This document shows positions 46,931 through 60,700 of a DNA stretch of 64,000 bases, piece by piece. The position numbers and the translations under genes are program-made. Within the stretch, counting starts at the first letter, position 1. Each line of letters opens with the position of its first letter. The notes under the pieces were generated by a model. That model saw nothing but the letters and a program-made list of their open reading frames with translations. It did not search any database and was not told the DNA's origin. Source of the DNA: Anthoceros angustus (taxonomy: Eukaryota > Plantae > Anthocerotophyta); NCBI GenBank assembly GCA_010909165.1, contig MU008158.1, positions 1,451,478 through 1,515,477 on the forward strand, in the 5' to 3' direction.

Positions 46931-49900
46931 CAGCCGTCATCATCCACTTGCTTGCGCTCCAATGCCGTGTTACTCCTATGGCAAATCCAAAAACGAGTTA
47001 AAATAGGACAATCAAAACTTGCAAAGACATCAAATCAAAATCTTACCATCCAAATCATCATCTTTGTAACCAGCATCCTTGAGGTCCCGCCACAATTGTT
47101 TGGCACCTATTCTGGGGTTGGAGCCAAACGCTCCGGATGAGGAAGATTGGCGTCAATATGTTTCAAGTTTTATTATCCAATTTCCGGCCTTCTTGCCACC
47201 TCTCTCTCTTGCTCCGTGGGGCGTCTACCAAAGAGTTGGTAAAACCGATTTGTAAACTTCACAAACCCACCATTACCAAAGTGGGCATACGGTGGGCATC
47301 CGAGTTCAACTTCCTCAACATTGCTATGCGTTTTGTGCGACATCTCCATCCCGGCCTTGGCTTTTCATTCTCCACAATGCGATCCCACCGGTCACCGAGA
47401 TATCACGAGGCTTATACTTAGGTGGATGATTACCCTCAAGAAATTGTCTTGCGCATCTTGCAAGATTGTTCTTCCAATTGCGCAACATGGTGTTGAACAT
47501 TTGGTCACACACATGAGCCATGCTCCAAATCCCACCAACATCTCTTGAATGGCTGCCTCCACAATTGCTTGTGTCTCTAGTTTCTCTCCCGGTTGCCAAT
47601 CAATGGATCCATGAAGTGCCGCATTACCCACCTCAACCGAAATTGGAGCACTTCATATGAATCTTCTTTAATCCAACCGACACACATGAGAAGGAAAACA
47701 TCGAATATGCTTGTACATGCGTGCGAGCATGTGGCTGTAAGTGGCATGTATAGGCCACATGCTTGTCTGAGCACATGCTCTGAGCATGTGGCATGTACAT
47801 CCTTATGCAGTTAGCCAAGCGGGCCACACACTGCATGTTTAGCTTGCGGACCAACGAGAAACACACTGCTTAGGCTTGAGAGACCAAAGGAGAAACATGG
47901 GCGGTCAAGGCCACACCCGATTGCAAGAATCGAATATGTTACCAAGAAGCCAGGTGTTACAACAAACAGACTTGAAAGATCTTCTATAAGAACTACAGAG
48001 GAGAAAGATCCTCACTTAACCCGGGCTTCAATCTAGGCACCAAATTGTCCAAAAACCAGCCGTCATCATCCACTTGCTTGCGCTCCAATGCCAGTATTAC
48101 GGCTCCTATGGCAAATCCAAAAAACAGAGTTAAAATAGGACAATCAAAACTTGCAAAGACATCAAATCAAAATCTTACCATCCAAATCATCATCTTTGTA
48201 ACCAGCATCCTTGAGGTCCCCACAATTGTTTGGCACCTATTCTGGGGTTGGAGCCAAACGCTCCGGATGAGGAAGATTGGCGTCCAATATGTTTCAAGTT
48301 TTATTATCCAATTTCCGGCCTTCTTGCTGACCTCTCTCTTGCTCCGTGGGGCGTCTACCAAAGAGTTGGTAAAACCGATTTGTAAACTTCACAAACCCAC
48401 CATTACCAAAGTGGGCATACTGGGCATCCGAGTTCAACTTCCTCAACATTGCTATGCGTTTTGTGACATCTCCATCCCGGCCTTGGCTTTTCATTCTCCA
48501 CAATGCGATCCTTTGGTCGGCCGAGATATCACGAGGCTTATACTTAGGTGGATGATTACCCTCAAGAAATTGTCTTGCGCATCTTGCAAGATTGTTCTTC
48601 CAATTGCGCAACATGGTGTTGAACATTTGGTCACACACATGAGCCATGCTCCAAATCCCACCAACATCTCTTGAATGGCTGCCTCCACAATTGCTTGTGT
48701 CTCTAGTTTCTCTCCCGGTTGCCAATCAATGGATCCATGAAGTGCCGCATTACCCACCTCAACCGAAATTGGAGCACTTCATATGAATCTTCTTTAATCC
48801 AACCGACACACATGAGAAGGAAAACATCGAATATGCTTGTACATGCGTGCGAGCATGTGGCTGTAAGTGGCATGTATAGGCCACATGCTTGTCTGAGCAC
48901 ATGCTCTGAGCATGTGGCATGTACATCCTTATGCAGTTAGCCAAGCGGGCCACACACTGCATGTTTAGCTTGCGGACCAACGAGAAACACACTGCTTAGG
49001 CTTGAGAGACCAAAGGAGAAACATGGGCGGTCAAGGCCACACCCGATTCTGCAAGAATCGAATATGTTACCAAGAAGCCGTGTTACAACAAAGACTTGAA
49101 AGATCTTCTATAAGAACTACAGAGGAGAAAGATCCTCACTTAACCCGGGCTTCAATCTAGGCACCAAATTGTCCAAAAACCAGCCATTATCATCCACTTG
49201 CTTGCGCTCCAATGATACACTCCTATGGCAAATCCAAAAACAGTTAAAATAGGACAATCAAAACTTGCAAAGACATCAAATCAAAATCTTACCATCCAAA
49301 TCATCATCTTTGTAACCAGCATCCTTGAGGTCCCGCCACAATTGTTTGGCACCTATTCTGGGGTTGGAGCCAAACGCTCCGGATGAGGAAGATTGGCGTC
49401 CAATATGTTTCAAGTTTTATTATCCAACCCGCCTTCTTGCCACATCTCTTGTCTGTGAGGACGCCTACCAAAGAGTTGGTAAAACCGATTTGTAAACTTC
49501 ACAAACCCACCATTACCAAAGTGGGCATACTGGGCATCCGAGTTCAACTTCCTCAACATTGCTATGCGTTTTGTGCATCTCCATCCCGCCTTGGCTTTTC
49601 ATTCTCCACAATGCGATCCCACCGTCGTCACCGAGATATCACGAGGCTTATACTTAGGTGGATGATTACCCTCAAGAAATTGTCTTGCGCATCTTGCAAG
49701 ATTGTTCTTCCAATTGCGCAACATGGTGTTGAACATTTGGTCACACACATGAGCCATGCTCCAAATCCCACCAACATCTCTTGAATGGCCTCCACAATTG
49801 CTTGTGTCTCTAGTTTCTCTCCCGGTTGCCAATCAATGGATCCATGAAGTGCCGCATTACCCACCTCAACCGAAATTGGAGCACTTCATCGTATGAATCT

Positions 49901-50150
49901 TCTTTAATCCAACTCGACACATGAGAAGGAAAACATCGAATATGCTTGTACATGCTGCGGTGCATGTGGCTGTAAGTGGCATGTATAGGCCACATGCTTG
50001 TCTGAGCACATGCCCGCATGCATGTGGCATGTACATCCTTATGCAGTTAGCCAAGGTGCCACACACCGCATGTTTAGCTTGATGACCAACGAGAAACACA
50101 CCGCTTAGGCTTGAGAGACCAAAGGAGAAACATGGGCGAAGGCCACACAC
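46801..50150. repeat. three ~1.13-kb tandem units (type B) containing a TnpA-like exon
   Basis: Units start at ~46801, ~47922 and ~49051 with gcaagaatcgaatatgttaccaagaagcc. Near-identical ORFs recur in the ORF track. Confidence 0.93.
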
Positions 50151-50470
50151 ACGCCAGCTTTAGGCTTGCGAGACCAAAAGAGAAACATGGGCGGCAGGCC
50201 ACACACCGCCAGCTTTAGACTTGAGAGACCAAAAGCAAACACGGCGATCAAGGCCACACACTGTTTAGGCTTGAGAGACCAAAAAGAAACATTGGGCGGT
50301 CGGTCAAGGCCACACACTGCATGTTTAGCAGCGGACCAATAGAAAAATCGGCGATCAGGCCACACACTTGTGGCTTTAGGCAGACCAAAAAGAAACATCG
50401 GATCAAGGCCACACACTGTTCGGGCTTGAGAGACCAAAAAGAAACATTGGGCGGTCGGTGGCCACACACA
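50050..50470. repeat. ~50-60-bp imperfect tandem array (ggccacacac...ggcttgagagaccaaaa)
   Basis: Seven to eight units by eye. Confidence 0.8.
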
Positions 50471-51734
50471 CACAAGCTTATGAAAGTAAAAGCAAGGAGT
50501 CATTTTCAACTAAAACCAGTAAACACTTGATTCTGGATGAATGTCCGACTGTGGAATGACGTGCGTGCATTTGGGCAGTCTCCCTTAAATCCGATTTCTC
50601 CTCGGCAATTGCGGCGGATCTTCGTCCTACCATCTCCCCTCCTCCACTGGATTTTCCACTTCTTCTGCTCCATCACTGGCCGCACTTCTTCAAACCGAGA
50701 ACCAACATTGACGGAAGGGTTAGGAGTAGGAGTGGTGGAGGTGGCATGAGACGGTCTTTGGATTGAAGGTCCGTAAGTTTTGAGCCAGCGGTGTCACGGA
50801 CAAGGGAGGAAGCAGCTTGGCCTTCTTCGCAGCTATCATCTTTCTCAAAAGGTCTGCGTGTGCACATAAGCCCTTCTGGTGGCCCTTGTTCTCTCATCGC
50901 GAAGACCTAAGAGGAGGTGGTGGTGACTTGAGGCAGTCGGTTCGCTTCTCCACGGCGCGGCACCGAGCTCTTCCACAGCGGCGCCGCCATGGGATTGGCG
51001 GGCGGTACTCCTCCACGGCATCGAGGCGGCCTCCTCCTCCACGGCATTAGGAGGAGGGCTCCTCCTCCACGGCATCGGGAGGAGGGCTCCTCCTCCACGG
51101 CATCGGAGGAGGCGCTTGTTCTCCACCGACGGGCGATCGCTCGCTTTCCTACCACACACAAGTGAGAAAAGAAAAGCCATCGTTTAGAGCTCATTATCAT
51201 CACCGACCCTAGAGCTCGCAGAACTAGTTGAAGGCGGGCGATTCAAACCACAGGCTGCGGTCGATGCGCTTGGACAAAGCCGTTGATGCACAACTCACAT
51301 TTCGAGGTGACATCGGTGGCTTGCGCTTCCGCTCCTTTGAGACGCCCTCCCGCTTCTTTGCCTTCACGGTGGCCCATTTTTTCGCGCTAGGCTCGACAAG
51401 CGGAAGCGCTCCGCTTGCTGTCTACTAAACCCAACCGAGCCGTTAGGCGGATCCTTCCACCACGGCATCCTGCGTCCCCCACACTAATCTTGTTGTGGCC
51501 AAAAGTCTTGTTTCCTTATCGCGTTACGCGCTGCAAACCCAACTTGCGCACGTAGTGCACCATCTACATTGCAAGGTGGTTGGGGTTAGTAGAAAGGCGC
51601 TTAGCAACCTTTGCCCATGAAAGTGCGTGCCCTAAAAAGCACCAAGCATAAGAGATTGGGGATGCACACAAACCTTCTTGATCCAAGGAATTCAATTTCG
51701 TAAGCCCTAATTGTGTTGTAGGTCGATTCGTGCG

Positions 51735-52200
51735 GTCACTAACTAAACACGAGCTTGTGTGTAGTCACTAACTAAACACCATGTGCCGTTGTTAGAGCTT
51801 GTGTGCAATACACAACGTGTCTGATGCCCGACCAAGATCTCGGCGTGAGAGAGGGAGGCGGCGACTCAACATGTGTGCTGCCACCAGTCGTGCAATCTCT
51901 CTCGATCAAGCAATCCTTGGAAGCTGCCTGCAAAGCCAAGTCGACAATCTTAAGCAAACAAGGTGCAGCGGGCCTTGTGTGTAGTCACTAACTAAACACC
52001 ATGTGCCGTTGTTAGAGCTTGTGTGCGTGCAATACACAACGTGCGGTGCCGCGACCAAGATCTCGGCGTGAGAGGGAGGCGGCGACTCAACATGTGACCG
52101 CTAAGCAAAGTCGCAATCTCTCTCGATCAAGCAATCCTTGAAGCTGCCTGCAAAGCCAAGTCGACAATCTTAAGCAAACAAGGTGCGGGCCTTGTGTACG
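51735..52200. repeat. ~217-bp tandem duplication
   Basis: gtagtcactaactaaacaccatgtgccg at ~51761 and ~51981. Confidence 0.85.
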
Positions 52201-52329
52201 GATGGACGTCAAATTCCCGCTCGTGCTTCTTCTTCCGCTTTACAAAGCCTTCCCGCACTTCTCATGACCTTCCCGCTTCTAAAATGTGCGAGGCATGGTT
52301 GGCTTCCGCTTCTCTCAACACATAGACTC

Positions 52330-52660
52330 TCAATTATAATACACACTCTCATCACACACCCCGATGGCGGTATGGCCTCAATTACACTATCTGGCTCCCC
52401 ACTCGTCACACATCCCGATGGCAAGCCCGGCTCTCACACACCCCGATGGCTGGCCCCATGGCCCTCAATTACACTAGCTACACAAGCTCCCCACCTCACA
52501 CACCCAGGTGGCGGGCCGCCTCAATTACACTAGCTACACAAGCTCCCCACCTCACATACCCCGATGGCAAGCCGCATGGCCCTCAAGTACACTAGCTACA
52601 AGCTCCCCACGCCACACACCCCGATGGCAAGCCGGTTCTCACACACCCAGGGCAATCGAC
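52330..52660. repeat. ~60-bp imperfect array (cccgatggc...cctcaattacactagctac)
   Basis: Direct inspection. Confidence 0.75.
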
Positions 52661-52989
52661 ATACAGGCTCTCAACACATACGTCGCGGTATGTAAACATC
52701 TACTTATGCAGACATGAACCCGCCTTTATATCGATTTGTGTGCAAGCATGTTCCGCCTTGGACAAGATCTTGCATGCATTGCACCCGCCTCACGCCATGT
52801 GCACTGCGTCACCTACCTCGTGCACTGCAGTGCTGGTGAGTTTGTATGAAACGACTTTGAAACTACTATTTGCAACTCGTTGTTAAGTCGGAAGCGATTA
52901 CCATTTACAACACTCCGTTGTAAAATTAGAAACTATTACTATTTACAACGTTCGGTTCACTTTTACGTTCTAAAATCTCTAGTAGGTAA

Positions 52990-54292
52990 AAGTGGTACAC
53001 ATATGGAACGCACAAAAGGAAACTAAGAGACCCTCTCTTCTACCGTGCGGCTCGGCTCTTTTCTCGAAAGGTCGGCCACGGGCGCTTAGGATCCGATGTC
53101 ATGCGCTGATCCCCTACATTCTTGTGTACATACGTATCTGATTCACCTTAGTTCATGGTAGGCAAAGAAAGATGCTCACCTCACTGGTGCCCAAGGTGGA
53201 TCGAAATGGCTATGGAAATTTGTGCATGTTCCGAGGGGTGGTGCTTTTTGAACATATGGTTGGAAAGAGGAGGTCATCACGGTAATTGTGGTGTTGAGAA
53301 CATTGCGGTCGATTTTCTTGTAATTAGAAATTCATAATAACAAAAACGCCAAAATGGGGCAAAAGGCGTTCGGGTTAAGCATGCTCGGCTCCACGGCTGC
53401 ACGTGCAAAAGTTCTCGGCTTCTTAGTGGCGAACACTTCCGAGGCTTAGTTGAGAAAACTAGATTGCAAACTAGGTGGAGTGGAGCCGATGGGCCAGCGT
53501 AACGAATCCCGCGCCTCGAGAACCAAGTAATAAACTTGGTGAGGTTTAGGCGCTGGGCTGTCACGGTACACATACTCCGTGATGCTCGCACGTATTCACA
53601 TCCCATCTTAACAATCCCTTCATAATCACGCACGCAATGTGCGACTTTATGTACTTGTTCCAACTCGACAACTCAATTTGGAGCGGGTAGACATTTCTAC
53701 CATGGGACAATGCACATCAGCCATGTCATTGACCACCGTTGCAAACTCAAACACTTTTATCCTCCTTGATACTCCAGCAGTGGCAAATAGCTCGTCATCC
53801 CGATCAAACTCAATGCCGGACACAATATTGGAGGAGTGGAAGAGGTCCCCATGCCGCAACTCTGCAATTACCCAAGGCGGTAACGGGTGAAAGCATATGA
53901 GTGATGAGGTTTTGATGGTGACCCATGCAAGCCTACAAATAAAGCTTTAATGCTTCTTTCCTTTTGAGGGAAACCATTGGCATGAAAATGGCATGATATG
54001 ACAACGGAGTGCTTGAGCACGAGGCTGCTTAGCGTAGTGTGCTCCTCGGAGATATTTTGATGGCGATAGAGGGATTGTATGGAGCGTAGCTATGTTGTCC
54101 CTTAGGTGCTTTCAAGGCTATTGCTTGGGACTCGTGCCCCTTTAATGTGTAAAAGATCCGGTGGGAATGAATAGAATAAGGGCTAAAGGGCAATGCTTCC
54201 TCGGCCATCCACTTGAGCCCGAGTCTTAAAACCTCGATTCGCCCCTCCTTAAACGGTCTGCTAAAGAATTTAAGTCTTCTTGGCACTCATCA
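52990..54292 (-). mobile_element. LTR-like sequence (probably Ty3/gypsy) enclosing the COP1 fragment
   Basis: Starts TGATGAGTG at 54292 on minus. Non-coding LTR-like composition on both sides of the COP1 piece. No paired LTR or TSD found. Confidence 0.4.
53572..53897 (-). pseudogene. COP1: intronless fragment of COP1 (start of the WD40 domain)
   Basis: AFTRY-RL/VIAELRHGDLFHSSNIVSGIEFDRDDELFATAGVSRRIKVFEFATVVNDMADVHCPMVEMSTRSKLSC...DYEGIV..WDVNT..SITEY matches plant COP1; frameshifted. Confidence 0.93.
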
Positions 54293-56730
54293 TCATGCCG
54301 ATTGTTGATGTTGCCGCGAAGCGGCTAGGCGGTACCTAATGAGAGTTCAATCCTCGATCGCACACGAGCATTTCGAGGTTCCGTGCGCCCCACCACTCCT
54401 CTCGCTGGGGCAGTTGAAAGACCCACATATGGTTTCTTTGACGCCATGGAGTTTGAGAGTAAGGGGCTCCTTGGGGCTGTCACTTTGTTCCTGTTTCCCG
54501 AACTCGTGCACACTATAGTTTATAGCTGATCCGTTCCCAAGTCGGTTATGCGGCTCAAAGTGAGCACACACTTGAGCGATTGTGTTTGTCCGACCCCGAT
54601 TGTGAACTCGGTTGTGAACTCCGATTGTGTTAAGCGACCCGGCCGTCAAGTGCGTTTTGAGCGATGGCGGACAACTGGCGAGCCGGGCCGAGAACCATCC
54701 GGAGGTGATGGCGGCCGACAACTGGCCGTGGCCGAGGACCTTCCGGAGGTGGATCCCAGCGTCGAGGAGATGCGTGATGAAGAGGAGGTGATGCACGTGA
54801 ATTGTGCAAACTTTGACCCTTGTGACAAGGGTTGTGTAACATTGCGTCCGCTTCCTAGCCTTCCTCGGAGAAAGAGAAGGGTCCCACCCTTCCGGATGGA
54901 ACTCGTCCTTGTTTTTGGTCACATGCTTCCACGCGCACGCCTTGATGCAGCTATCATCACAGCTTGGTACTACTCTCGATCCGGGGTCTCCAAGGGCTTA
55001 CTTTTGTGAAAGCGGAACTGGATGACTCGACTGTTGAGAAATCTGAGATCTTGTGCCCAACCTAATCATCTCCTTCTATCGTAAGTGTAAAAGTCTGAGT
55101 GATCTTTCTTTGCATGATAAATGCTAATAAGGTAGATTTTGTTGAGGGCTCAAGGTTTTAATCGGCATCACGAATGGAGCACAGACAGCCACCTTCCTTT
55201 TGTGAAGACTATGCTCGATACGGACCGAGCCGGATCGAGTGATAATGAACTCATCACAAATGTGGTTTCGTAGTCTACCCAAGTCACGCGAGGTTGGCAA
55301 AGACGATCGCCTATCGAGATGTAAAAGTATCGAGCTTTTGATATAAAGTTGCTCACACATTTCACAATCTTGAGTCCCACGCAAATAAGGAAAGGCTTGC
55401 CCACCTTAAGTAAGCTAAGGCTATATCAATAGCACACTACGGTGCTTTGCAATGCTTTGCAATTGCCCAAGCTGTTGCGCTAGCGCTTTGGACCATTGCC
55501 GCACTGTAAGAGGCCAAGGCGCTTTCGCGGTTTCGCGGCATCGGTATAGGCCAAGCCGCCTTCCATTGTGCGTGCGAGGGCCTTCTCATAGCAAGGGTCA
55601 GCACCATCCGCGCGATGCTAGATAGCTACAAGTCCGTTCTGTCGGTGCTCTTTGCAAAGCGTTTTGTATTGTCGGTTGCATGCAATTGCTCATGATTAGA
55701 ATTGGCTGCTGCGGTGCGTTGCAAATGTTGCTGCGAGTGCGTTGATAAGAGAGCGCTGCAAATTTCCCAAACCGATTTACGCCTCGTGTTGTAAAGCGCT
55801 TTGGATTGACCGCCTAACAAGCACCGATCAGAAGAGGCCTTTCTCTTGTCCCAGCTACTAACCATCCACTACATAGCTAGAAGGGCCTTCCATCGTGCGT
55901 GGCGAGGGCCTTCTAGTAGCAAGGGTCAATAAAAACACGGTGCACCTAAATCGACCATCCGGATGCTAGATAGCTACAAGTCCGCGTTCGCAGGTCTATG
56001 CTCTTTGTAAAGCGTTTTGAGTATCGCGTTATCGGTTGCATGGAATTGCTCTAGATTAGAATTGGCTCGATTTATGCGGTTTACGCTCGGATCACGGAGG
56101 TTGGGCGAGGGCCGGAGCACTTCATCGAAGGTAGCCTCGCACTTTCCAACGTGCTCGGTGAAGGCAGGCAAGTGTTGTCGAGCTTAAGCTAACCCACGAT
56201 CATTGTTGAGGGTAGGTCCTTATGGATCGCTCGTAGATTTAAGCGCCCAAATATCCAATATATTTTCCAAAAATGTTGGTGCAAAGAGTGCAAGGCGAGT
56301 TCGAGCTAACCAAATCGTAAACATTTGCGCAAGAATGGACCTTACCCACGAATGAAGTCCCGGTGGAGAACCGCAAGGAGATGAAGAAGCGAGGAGGAGA
56401 AGGAGGACGAGGAGGAGAAGAACAACGAGGAGGAGAAGGAGGAGGAGAAGGAGGAGGAGGAGAGAGGAGGAGAAGAAATAGCGGAACAAGGAGAACCACC
56501 CGTAGCCACTGTGAGTTGCAATCCTTTTCTTCTATGCTAGGAAATAAACTAATGAAGTAATTATGGAGCCCTTTTCTTCTATGCTAGAAAATACAATAAT
56601 AAAGCAATTATATAATATTATCTATAGAATAATTACGATGTGGCATACTAATTGTGGTAAGTATGTTTGTCTTGTTATATTAAAGGTAGTTTAATTATTC
56701 ATATGTGTAATTATGGTTGTTTTTTTATAG

Positions 56731-57540
56731 TTGGAAGGAGTTTTTGTTTGCATGTTATAACAAGTATGACGTAGGAGTGGACACATGGCTTTGCGGTGTA
56801 GGAAAACCTTTGGATGGAAAGGCGGACCGCGGACCCTTTATTGCACCTCCTTATCATCCAAAAGAGGGGAAGATCCAAAGTCTCATGATGCTATTGTTTT
56901 ATACAAGCATCTTTTGAAAGGCGTGTACCCTAGAGAATGGGGAATGTGGGAGAAGGGACCTATTCCTATTAACAAGTCATTTCTATATTGGGGCGAAGGT
57001 GGATAGTGAAGGAGGCAACAAACCCACCATGGGGTTGGGTTTATTTTCCATGGAGAAAATCGTAGTGAGAAAAGATAATGTGAATGGAGTTCCTTTGTTT
57101 GTGTTTGGGGTCCAAAGTATACAGGAGAATATAACAAGATAGTGAACTACAACAGTTACCGATTTCCAAGTATGCATTGACTTTCAATAGACTCCGTAAA
57201 GATGTTAATGATGGCCCAATTGAGTACCTCGATGGGCATGTTGCATATAGAATGTGGCGGGATATATGAATAGTAGTAGTGGAAATATCGCAATCAAGCA
57301 ATTGCATATGGGAAGAAAGGTCGGATGGGCATGAGCTACTAAGTGACCATCTTGATTGGATTTGCACTTGGGCGGTGAGGACCATTAATGCTGGGAAGAG
57401 TTGTTTGTTGATTACAATTGGTATAAACGAACCATTTGAAGCCAAAAGGAAGGTGCGGAAGAGTACATAGACACATTAAATTACGCGGATGGAGTGGAAG
57501 AAATTGAAGGCAAAGTTGATGCACGAGGATGTGGAATAGT
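56731..57540 (+). pseudogene. transposon-borne SET-domain protein exon (frameshifted here)
   Basis: Starts after the acceptor ttttttatag at 56730. Reads MGLGLFSMEKI (57029)...PLFVF.G...KYAL...YLDG..NVAGYMNSS (57251)...SNCIWEE...ICTWAVRTINAG(E)ELFVDY (57415): the SET motifs in canonical order. Confidence 0.82.
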
Positions 57541-57795
57541 TTTTGTTGTAGGATGTAGAAGAGTTGATGTTGAGGGTCTTGTACCTTGTGTATATTGACT
57601 ATATGCAACAAAACAATTAGTATATCTTGTCCGACTTGACTTCTTAACCTTTTAGTTTTGCATGTTGTTCAATATTTTCCTTAATAATAGTGGTTATACT
57701 AAAGTTATTAAATTATAATATAATTTTTCTATATAGTACTACAATATTTTATATACTTATTTGATATTTATTTTTGCGTGTGATTGAATAATCAG

Positions 57796-60700
57796 TTGAA
57801 GAGGAACAAGATTTTATTGAGGTTGATGATCATTTTGAGGTTGATGAAGAACATGTCAACATTCATCCCGACGAACAAGTGACCATAGAGTTGGTGGAGG
57901 CACTTGGTGGGGTTTGCATCGCAGAAATGAAACAGTCGATTCCTTGCCCGAGGAATTAAAGGCGATGCACACCGCAACTACGCCTCTATGGGTTGGAGCC
58001 GAGATAAGTTTATTGGCATTCATTTTATTGTTATTGAACATCCAAGGAGGCATGGCTGGTCGGATGCATCTTTGAATTCAATTTTATCATTACTAGGCAA
58101 ATTAGGCCTCCCGGTTGGCAACAAGTTGCCAAAAGTAGGGCTGAAATTAAAAAGATGCTTAAGGGTTTGGCCTAACATATACATCCATACATGCTTGTCA
58201 AGATGATTGTATCGTTCAAAAGTTTTTGCTATTCGCAAGATGTGTGGGAAACATAGGTATCGAATTGACACGAAGCAGTGTGTGCAGTTAAGCTACTTGA
58301 TATTTTCCATTGATTCCTAGATTGAAACAAATGTTTAGATGTCCGAGCTAGCAAGTATGATGTCATGGCACGCCACAAATAAGTCTAATGATGGGATTAT
58401 GCGGGTCCCATCGGATAGCTATGCATGGGAACATGTGGACAACACTTATCCGAGTTTGCTAAGGAGCGCAACATTCGATTAGGACTTGCTACGGATGGGA
58501 TTAATCCTTTGGGCACCAAAGTTCTAGGTATTCTATATGGCCTGTGCTTCTTGTCAATTATAACGCCTCCTTGGTTATCTATCAAGAATGGGCATATATT
58601 GTTGTCAATGATTATTCCTCCAAGCAAGTCAAGATGCGATATATATTTTCAACCACTCATCAAGAGTTGAAGGTACGTGGGAGGAAGGTGTGGTCGTACA
58701 AGATGCTTCTATGGCTATTGGAAATGCTCAAAGACAATTTAAATTGAAGGCCTTATTGTTGTGGGCGATGCATGATTATCCAGGATATTCTTTCACTTCT
58801 AAAATGCAAACAAAAGGGAAGCGGGCATGTCCAATATGTTGGGACAAATTAGAAGCAAGAAAGTCAATGTTCACAAACAAAATGACGTATGATAAGAATT
58901 TTAGAAAATTTTACGAGGAACACAAGTTTAGAGTGGAAGAGCGGGATTCATTCAATGGAAAGGTGAGATGGAAATTATTCATCCGACTATGCACCAACTC
59001 CGGAGGATATTATGATCGAAAGCTTTAAGGAAATATGCAAAAGACAATGGTGAAGACGGTACAGGGTGTTACTAGCGGAGCCTTCAATTTTAAGGGAGCT
59101 TCCATCGGGAGGTATGTATGCATGCATATGGGGTCTTGCAAGTATTACCCTTTTCAAGAATATTTTAATTATATTATTGGTAGCATCGGTAGGTAGACTA
59201 ATAGCTATTCATGAAGGTTAACTTTTAGTCATGCTATTTGGTGGTTGCGAGTATTGTTGATCGGACACTTATTTGATATCATGCACATTGGAAAGAATGT
59301 AAGTCAATGATTTTGGCACATATGTGGAATCAAGATTCCCTTGGTAGTCGTGAGATCTTGAGTATTCAAATACCAAACAAGATTGGTGGCCCCATGCGAG
59401 GCCATCGCTTTGTTGGAAGGACAAAGAGGCCAAAACATTGTAAATGGGGTGCAAGGTAGCTAAAAACGCGAACCTGGGGACCGGACATTTATAACGACAC
59501 GGCACGGTTCTTGGACATGGCAGCAAAAGAGGCGAATGTATGCTAATGCAGAGGAAAAATTGAGAACAAGGATTTGCAGCATACGTACTCCTCAGGTATG
59601 GGGTCAAATTGAAGCGTTGTTTTCTAAAGGAGAGAAGAGGAATTTCGGGGTTAAAGTCTCATGATCATCACCATCATTAACGGATTTGTGGCCAATTGTC
59701 TTGAAAGGATTAATACATCATGATGTTCACAAGGCTATATGTGATCTTGCCGAGCTATTCGGTGGCTTTGTTCAAAAGAAATTGCGAAGGATGAAATTCC
59801 GCTATGAAGGTGAAAAGTGTGGAGATCATGTGTGTGTTGGAGGGAATTTCCAACGACTTTTCGACAAGTCAAGTACATGTTGTTGTTCATCTTGTGCGGG
59901 AGGTTGAATTATGTGGACCAACTCGATATCGATGGATGTATTTCTTAGAAAGGCACATGAAAGTGTTAAAGGGACTTGTTCTGACGACCGGAAGGTAGCA
60001 TGGCTTTAGGATACTTAGCACAAGAGATAATGTTTTATAGCTCGAGTTCTTTGGAAATACACATGAAGAGGCACCAAGAGTGTGGAAATCGAAGATGATG
60101 TCACCCAATGTGGGGTGTTATTGCAAGGAATGGCAAAATTATGACCGAATGATGTGGAAATGCACAGATGAGGAAAGTGTTAGTGGAAAACTCAGCTGTA
60201 CTCAAAAATGGCGAAAAGTGTATGACGGTATACGACGAGCAACGTCCTTTTGCGAGAATGGTTGATAGATGAAGTTAAAGTAGCGAAGAAAGGGAAATGC
60301 AGACAAACCTATGGGTTGGATGTGGCATTGTGCGAGGACCTCCTCGCGTGCGATCATATAAAATGATGTGGGCATATGGAAATCATATAAGGACTATAGA
60401 TGCGAGATAGGGAAAGAATACATGTGATAGCATTATAAAACATCTATATAGCCAAGCATGTGTTTCACATCAGGGACACCGAACCTATTATAGCGATTTT
60501 CCCTATCTTTGGAAAGGTGGAAAAGATTTTGGAGGTGGACTTAGGGCCGTCTAAAAAGTAAATGTGTTGAAGGTGAGATGGTTCAAGGCTCAATGGAACA
60601 AAGAGCACACTGACCATCAAAACAGATACATCTCGTATGTTCATGGTTAACGATGTCATGTTATCCAATGATAAGTTGGAGGATGAGCCATTTGTACTAG

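Larger units (their letters stand above)
44100..52986 (-). mobile_element. probable non-autonomous CACTA element 3 with amplified TnpA-like exons
   Basis: TnpA-like fragments on minus, several internal tandem arrays and tttacaac subterminal motifs. Degenerate terminus CCTACTAGAG at ~52977-52986. Left limit uncertain. Confidence 0.5.

Noticed and set aside
53375-53420. EPSML-like match extending the COP1 fragment
   Set aside because: Too short and separated by ~150 bp of unrelated LTR-like DNA; likely chance.
53902-54292. solo LTR bounded by TGATGAG...CTCATCA
   Set aside because: The flanks (ATGAG / TCATG) do not form a TSD, so the left motif is probably internal.
54347-55009. 191-aa and 153-aa overlapping ORFs
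   Set aside because: No recognisable motifs; GC-rich TE-like internal sequence.
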